DNA of 13,706 bases, taken from assembly GCA_003166335.1 (NCBI GenBank), contig PMWA01000108.1, positions 1 to 13,706 of the forward strand, read 5' to 3'. This stretch comes from Methanobacterium sp. GTDB taxonomy: Archaea > Methanobacteriota > Methanobacteria > Methanobacteriales > Methanobacteriaceae. This document shows positions 8,204 through 13,706 of this stretch, piece after piece. The notes under the pieces were generated by a model that was not told the origin of the DNA, did not search any database, and saw nothing but the letters and a program-made list of their open reading frames with translations. The position numbers and the translations under genes were made by a program. Within the stretch, counting starts at the first letter, position 1. Each line of letters begins with the position of its first letter.

Positions 8204-8998
8204 ATGAAAGTTAATACGTTACAAGTAGATGGAGCAAGCATTTACTATGAGATTCGCGGTTCAGGCCCTATACTTCTCTTAATTAGCGGAGGATACGGAG
8301 ATGCAAGTGTCCTTAACATACTCTACGAATATCTCATAGACAAATTCACGGTGATCACCTATGACCGCAGGGGTTATACTCGCAGCAAAATAGACGACCC
8401 CACCCAAGAATTACGGTTAGAAACCGAAAGTGACGATGTTAACCGTCTGCTGACAACTATTGGTAATGAACCTGCATATGTATTCGGCAGCAGCTATGGA
8501 GCCGCCATAGCACTTGATTATGCTGCACGCCATCCAAAACAGTTGCATCATTTAGTTGCACACGAACCGTCTGCTCTTTATTTGACTTCAATAGGTACAG
8601 AAGCTGAGCAAGCTCTAAATGAATCTATAGAAAAAAGTTCAAAACATAATAACCCGAATATTGCCTATACAACTATTTCAAAAATGGTTGGTTTAAACCC
8701 TGAAAAAATAAAAGCACAGAAAACTGACAATAATCTAAAGTTTTTTGTACAGAATGAAGTTCCAATGCTTGATTCTTACAGATATGATTTCAAAGCTTTA
8801 AAAAAAGCCATGAAACAGACACGAATTATAATCGCCGCCGGTTCAACATCTCCACACAATAGTATTGGTTATCTTGGTGCAGTTGCTATATCTGAACATC
8901 TCGGAGTGGATATTGTAGAGTTTCCCGATGATCATATTGGTTATGGGAGGAACCCCGAGAAATTTGTTGAGAAACTACTTGAAGTTTTTAATGATTGA
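8204..8998 (+). CDS. Alpha/beta-fold hydrolase (esterase-like)
   Basis: YYEIRGSGPILLLISGG, TVITYDRRG, nucleophile elbow FGSSYG, AHEP and a C-terminal His in FPDDHIGY. ATG 8204 preferred over TTG 8195. Confidence 0.9.
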   Translation: MKVNTLQVDGASIYYEIRGSGPILLLISGGYGDASVLNILYEYLIDKFTVITYDRRGYTRSKIDDPTQELRLETESDDVNRLLTTIGNEPAYVFGSSYGAAIALDYAARHPKQLHHLVAHEPSALYLTSIGTEAEQALNESIEKSSKHNNPNIAYTTISKMVGLNPEKIKAQKTDNNLKFFVQNEVPMLDSYRYDFKALKKAMKQTRIIIAAGSTSPHNSIGYLGAVAISEHLGVDIVEFPDDHIGYGRNPEKFVEKLLEVFND

Positions 8999-9116
8999 TT
9001 CTTTTTACTACGAAATATAAAAATGAAAACTTTAATAATAGATGTTATTGTTTATAATAATAAGGAATTAATAATAACTAATAATTATTATTTATAAACT
9101 TATGGGATTTTTTATT

Positions 9117-9995
9117 ATGGGGGATGGTTTACTTATAGTGGAAGATGAAGCTATTACTGCATTAGAAATGCAGAAGATTTTGGAATCGTGGAATTATAAT
9201 ATATTATCCGTTGTAAGTACTGGTGAAGGTGCTATTGAGGAAGTTAAAAATTCACAACCTGACCTCATATTAATGGATATCATTTTGAAGGGGGAAATGG
9301 ATGGTGTGGAGGCAGCCAGTAAAATTAGAGAATTTGCTGATACTCCTATTCTGTACATTACAGCGTTAGAATCTATTGATGTTACTCGTCTTAAAAATAC
9401 TAAAGGGATGGGCTACTTAGTTAAACCCATTAGTGAGGGTGAGTTGCGGCATAATATTGAAATAGCTATCTATAATTATAGATCCAATAAAGAAGAAATT
9501 GAAAATATTAAATATAATAGTTTGGATGATGTTCAGGTTTTTATGCAGAGTATAATACCTGAATTATCCTCTAAATTATCTATAGTAGATAGGGGAATGA
9601 TTTTAGGAAGATTTCATCGAAGATTCGAGAAGCTTATGAAACCTAAATTTCTCCGGGAAACTGGTATAATAAATCGAAATGCGTATGAAAAACTAACCCT
9701 AAATGAGAAATTAGAGATTTATTTCTCTTGGATTAGTGATTTCTTCGTTAATCTCGGTTTTCAGATTAAAATTCGCTCTGAGTATAATGAACGGTTGATA
9801 ATTTTAAAAAAATGTTCTTGGTGTGAAAATAATAATGAAAATATTTTTTATTGTCTAGTTTGTCAGGCGATTATTAAACAAACGTTTAGGTGGATGGATA
9901 TTAATGAATATTATATTGAGAATAAATCCAATATAAGATCCTCTAAACCTGAATGTAAATATAAAATTTTTTTAATTGAATCCAATCCTGTTTAA
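9117..9995 (+). CDS. Response regulator: receiver domain plus Cys-rich C-terminal output domain (methanogen output domain 1/V4R-like)
   Basis: LLIVEDE, PDLILMDI (phospho-acceptor Asp), YITA and GYLVKP are all intact. C-terminal CSWC..YCLVC..PECKY. The start could be ATG 9102 or 9117. The output-domain name comes from pattern recall, not a search. Confidence 0.85.
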   Translation: MGDGLLIVEDEAITALEMQKILESWNYNILSVVSTGEGAIEEVKNSQPDLILMDIILKGEMDGVEAASKIREFADTPILYITALESIDVTRLKNTKGMGYLVKPISEGELRHNIEIAIYNYRSNKEEIENIKYNSLDDVQVFMQSIIPELSSKLSIVDRGMILGRFHRRFEKLMKPKFLRETGIINRNAYEKLTLNEKLEIYFSWISDFFVNLGFQIKIRSEYNERLIILKKCSWCENNNENIFYCLVCQAIIKQTFRWMDINEYYIENKSNIRSSKPECKYKIFLIESNPV

Positions 9996-10164
9996 TTAAA
10001 TAATAGAGTATAAGTTTTTTTTATAAATAAAAAATATATTATTTTAAAGAAACAGTTCTACAAAACTTTAGACGTATGAATAAAAAAAATAATTTACAGT
10101 TAAATAAGAAAATATTATCAAAAAAAATATTTTGTGGAATAATTTAGGAAAAGTATTACTATTG

Positions 10165-10192
10165 AATAAAAAAAATCAAATAAAAAAAATCA
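10165..10192. repeat. Perfect 14-bp tandem duplication
   Basis: AATAAAAAAAATCA at 10165-10178 and 10179-10192. Confidence 0.7.
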
Positions 10193-10556
10193 AGAAACCA
10201 GGTATTCTGAATCCGATAAACATTGAAATAACGTCTGTTAATTCTTTTTCAGAATCCTTAAAGTACCCTAAACGGTACCTTAAAAATTTTAATAATTTGA
10301 AAATTTCTTTAATGAAAGTATTACATGTTACGAGATTTAATAAATCTTTTATATTTTTTCACATCTAATCCTTTACGAGTGTTAATTTAGGATAAATTTA
10401 ATATTTAGTTAAATTAATAAAATTTTTAGGTAAGTGTGAATTATTTTACATAATATTTTTTACCAAATTTTTTTAAATGAGGATAGTTAGTAAATATATT
10501 GAAATGTCCTTGAATTAATAATATTTAAATTTAAAGATTCTATTTAGTTGATATTT

Positions 10557-11879
10557 ATGAAGTTGACAATCATTGGAACAGGATATGTTGGGTTAGTGAC
10601 TGGAACTTGTTTTTCAGAGATGGGGAATAGAGTTTACTGTGTTGATATTGATGATAATAAAATTAAAGATTTAAAAAATGGTATAGTACCTATATTCGAA
10701 CCTGGCTTAAAAGAGCTGGTAATTAGAAACAGTGAAAATAATAACCTAATATTTACCACTAAATTAATAGAAGGTTTAGATGATTCTGATATTTGTTTTA
10801 TAGCGGTAAATACTCCTATGGGTGAAGATGGAACTGCTGATTTGCAATATGTAATGGTAGCAGCTAAAGAAATAGGACAACTAATGTCTCATGATTTAAT
10901 AGTTATTAATAAATCTACTGTTCCTGTTGGAACAGCAGATAAAGTTAAAAAGATAATCGCCCAAGAATTAGAACGTAGAGGAGAAAAATTTAATATTCAT
11001 GTCATATCTAATCCTGAATTTTTAAAGGAAGGAACAGCTGTTGAAGATTTTATGCATCCAGATAGAGTGATTATCGGTTCAGATAATGAAGATGTGATTG
11101 AAGTTGTGAAGGAATTATACTTTCCATTCACCCTAAATCATGAGAGATTTATAACTATGGATATACGCAGTGCAGAGATGACTAAATATGCTTCCAATGC
11201 CATGCTCGCAATCCGCATATCTTTCATGAATGAGATGGCTAACATTTGTGAAAGAGTCGGAGCAGATATTAATCATGTAAGAGAAGGAATAGGCAGTGAT
11301 AAGAGAATTGGATACAGTTTTTTATATGCTGGTATTGGATATGGTGGTAGTTGTTTACCGAAAGATGTTAATGCGTTAATTAAAACAGCTGCTGATTATA
11401 ATTATGATTTAAGAATATTAAAAGAAGTAGAATCAGTGAATAATAAACAAAAATTATCAATTGTAAATAAGATAATTAAAAGATTTGGTAATGATTTAAC
11501 TGGATATACATTTACTGTATGGGGATTATCTTTTAAAGCAGGTACAGATGATATGAGAGAAGCACCATCAATTGTTATTATAAATAAACTAATAGAATTA
11601 GGTGCTAAAATTAACGCGTATGATCCTAAAGCTATGAAATTTGCAAAAGAGCATTACTTCAAAGATAATCTTAATATAGAATTCTATGATAATAAATATG
11701 AAGCTGTAAATAATGCTAATGCCATAATACTTGTGACTGAGTGGAAAGATTTCAGAAGCCCTGACTTTGACGAAATAATTAAGAGAATAAAGAATAAAAT
11801 TATTTTCGATGGAAGAAATCAATATAATAAAAAAATAATCACGAATATGGGCTTTGAACATTATCAAATTGGTAATTAA
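10557..11879 (+). CDS. ugd: UDP-glucose 6-dehydrogenase (UDP-glucose/GDP-mannose dehydrogenase family)
   Basis: Rossmann GTGYVG, KSTVPVGT, SNPEFLKEG, AEMTKYASNAMLA, catalytic GYGGSCLPKD, FDGRN. ATG 10557 preferred over TTG 10548. Confidence 0.93.
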   Translation: MKLTIIGTGYVGLVTGTCFSEMGNRVYCVDIDDNKIKDLKNGIVPIFEPGLKELVIRNSENNNLIFTTKLIEGLDDSDICFIAVNTPMGEDGTADLQYVMVAAKEIGQLMSHDLIVINKSTVPVGTADKVKKIIAQELERRGEKFNIHVISNPEFLKEGTAVEDFMHPDRVIIGSDNEDVIEVVKELYFPFTLNHERFITMDIRSAEMTKYASNAMLAIRISFMNEMANICERVGADINHVREGIGSDKRIGYSFLYAGIGYGGSCLPKDVNALIKTAADYNYDLRILKEVESVNNKQKLSIVNKIIKRFGNDLTGYTFTVWGLSFKAGTDDMREAPSIVIINKLIELGAKINAYDPKAMKFAKEHYFKDNLNIEFYDNKYEAVNNANAIILVTEWKDFRSPDFDEIIKRIKNKIIFDGRNQYNKKIITNMGFEHYQIGN

Positions 11880-11966
11880 AATTACATTTAAACTATAATA
11901 TTTAATAAAAATTTATTTATCAAAAATTTATAATAATTAAGTTATTTCTTTTTTATGTGATGTACT

Positions 11967-13706
11967 ATGAGCAACAGATGGTTTACATTAAGACAATTAA
12001 TAGTTTCCAATAAACATTTAAGAATCATTAGAAACGATTTTAAAGACCATTACAACTCATCAAAATATCAAATTCGCCATGTGAAAGATAAACTAATTAA
12101 TTATCCTGATTTAAGAAATTCTAAAGAACCAGAAATATTATTAACGCAAGACGAGATAAGTGGAAAATATGAATATATTAAGAATAAAAATTTATCACTC
12201 ATAGATTTACATCCTTTCGCAGATAATGCTCCATTAGTATCTATAATCATATTAAATAAAAATGGATTTATACAATTAAAAAGATTATTTAAGGATTTTG
12301 AAGAAACTATTCAATATCCATCCTATGAAATCATCTTAGTTGATAATGCATCAACTGATAATTCAATTAGTTTTTTAAAAGAGCTTTCAAATAATTTACC
12401 ATTAACCATAGTCCAGAATATTGAAAACAAATCTTTTTCAGAAGCAAACAACCAAGCAGCTGATATAGCCCAAGGTGAATTCTTATTACTACTAAATAAT
12501 AATGTTGAGCCCACCTATGGATGGCTTAATGAAATGATGCAATTCATACTAAAATCTGAGGATACTGGAGCGGTAGGTGCCAAACTAATTTATTCAGATT
12601 GCTCTAAATCACTTTATAATAAACATAATTCTTTTAAAACACAACATGAAGGGATATTTTTTAAAGAGGAAATTGATGGGTTTATTAAACCATATAATAT
12701 AAGCTGCAATGAACCATTTAAAGACTCTGATAAACATTCACAGTTAAAAGCAGCTGTTTCAGCATCCACATTATTAGTTAAAAAAGATAAATACTGGCAA
12801 GTAGGTGGGTTGGATGCAGGATACAATTATCTTTACGATGTAGATCTATGCCTCAAACTAATTAAAAAGGGATATATTAATAGTTACTGTCCTACAGCTC
12901 TCTTATTCCATTATGAATTCGGAACACTAGAAACAGATAAAAAACGTGAAATAAGGAAAATACGCTCTAAAAACCAGGAATTATTCCAAAAAAAATGGAA
13001 TCACTGGCTACGTAAACAATTATTAAAGGATAAAATATATAACAAACGAGTTTTCTCGAAGGATCCTTTAAAAGTTGTTTTTGTAGTATCCGAAAGTGGT
13101 GAAGATGCTTCAGCTGGTGATTATTTCACAGCTTCCGAATTAGGTGAAAGTTTAAAGAAATTCGGATGGAATATAAGTTTTCTATTAAGAGCAGGATCAC
13201 ATGATTGGTACGATGTTAATGAGAATGTAGATATCTTAATATCCCTTTTAGATGTATACGATCCCCGTAAAATTAGATGCTCAAATAAATCTTTAATTAA
13301 AATAGCTTGGCCTCGTAACTGGTTTGAAAGATGGGTTTATAACCCGGGTTTATCAAAATATGACCTCATATTCGCATCGAGTGAAACAGCATGTAATTAT
13401 ATAGAAGAAAAAACTGGATTAAAAACTTTTTTACTGTCAATCGCCACTAATCCCACCAGATTCAATAATGATATTCCGCAACATGATAAATATTTAAGTG
13501 ACTACTGCTTCACCGGCAGTTATTGGAACGATCCCCGAGATATTATTGAAATGTTAGACCCCGATACTATTCCACATAAATTTAAATTATATGGTAAAAA
13601 CTGGAAAGAATTTACCAAATTTAATAAATATTATCAGGGATTCATTAATTATTCGGATTTACCCCTAGTATACGCTTCTACAAAAATTGTTATTGATGAT
13701 GTAAAC
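11967..13706 (+). CDS. Multidomain glycosyltransferase: N-terminal GT2 plus C-terminal CgeB-like (GT-B) domain; 3' end lies beyond the window
   Basis: Open frame from ATG 11967 to the window end with no stop, translated manually. PLVSIIILNKNG, YEIILVDNASTDNS, FSEANNQAA, GAVGAKLIY, DVDLCLKL, then SAGDYFTA.ELG, AWPRNWFERW, IATNP.RF, CFTGSYWNDPR, LYGKNW, LPLVYASTKIVIDD. Confidence 0.9.
   Translation, partial: MSNRWFTLRQLIVSNKHLRIIRNDFKDHYNSSKYQIRHVKDKLINYPDLRNSKEPEILLTQDEISGKYEYIKNKNLSLIDLHPFADNAPLVSIIILNKNGFIQLKRLFKDFEETIQYPSYEIILVDNASTDNSISFLKELSNNLPLTIVQNIENKSFSEANNQAADIAQGEFLLLLNNNVEPTYGWLNEMMQFILKSEDTGAVGAKLIYSDCSKSLYNKHNSFKTQHEGIFFKEEIDGFIKPYNISCNEPFKDSDKHSQLKAAVSASTLLVKKDKYWQVGGLDAGYNYLYDVDLCLKLIKKGYINSYCPTALLFHYEFGTLETDKKREIRKIRSKNQELFQKKWNHWLRKQLLKDKIYNKRVFSKDPLKVVFVVSESGEDASAGDYFTASELGESLKKFGWNISFLLRAGSHDWYDVNENVDILISLLDVYDPRKIRCSNKSLIKIAWPRNWFERWVYNPGLSKYDLIFASSETACNYIEEKTGLKTFLLSIATNPTRFNNDIPQHDKYLSDYCFTGSYWNDPRDIIEMLDPDTIPHKFKLYGKNWKEFTKFNKYYQGFINYSDLPLVYASTKIVIDDVN

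Noticed and set aside
9040..9100. TAA/AAT-rich quasi-repeats upstream of the response regulator
   Set aside because: Low-complexity AT sequence with no regular repeat-spacer structure.
10132..10368. 78-aa plus-strand ORF in the track
   Set aside because: Non-ATG start, no RBS, low-complexity Lys/Asn content, spans a tandem duplication; looks like a shadow of the opposite strand.
11598..11867. 89-aa minus-strand ORF
   Set aside because: Antisense shadow within ugd.
12323..12826. Two minus-strand ORFs (63 and 70 aa)
   Set aside because: Antisense shadows of the long plus-strand glycosyltransferase starting at 11967.
1..13706. CRISPR array, tRNA or rRNA
   Set aside because: No regularly spaced repeats and no GC-rich structured segment of the expected kind found by eye.

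Overview
AT-rich window that reads like a Methanobacteriaceae (Methanobacterium-type) chromosome segment; the taxonomy is inferred from the style of the flippase, GT2 and receiver-domain proteins. It is mostly a cell-surface glycan locus. Intact genes: a Wzx-like flippase, a GT2, an ATP-grasp/HAD fusion, a convergent VioA-like DegT aminotransferase, UDP-glucose dehydrogenase, and a large GT2 plus CgeB-like glycosyltransferase that runs off the right end and is missing from the ORF track. Interspersed are a small Thr-rich membrane protein, a GC-richer alpha/beta hydrolase and an orphan response regulator with a Cys-rich output domain. Manual translation shows four decayed genes the ORF track missed: an IS1595-like transposase (minus strand, left edge), two SAM methyltransferases and a GT2 fragment. 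The best candidate for an undescribed system is the flippase-GT2-[ATP-grasp+HAD]-methyltransferase-aminotransferase module, which could amide-tailor an archaeal surface glycan. No rRNA, tRNA or CRISPR array was seen.
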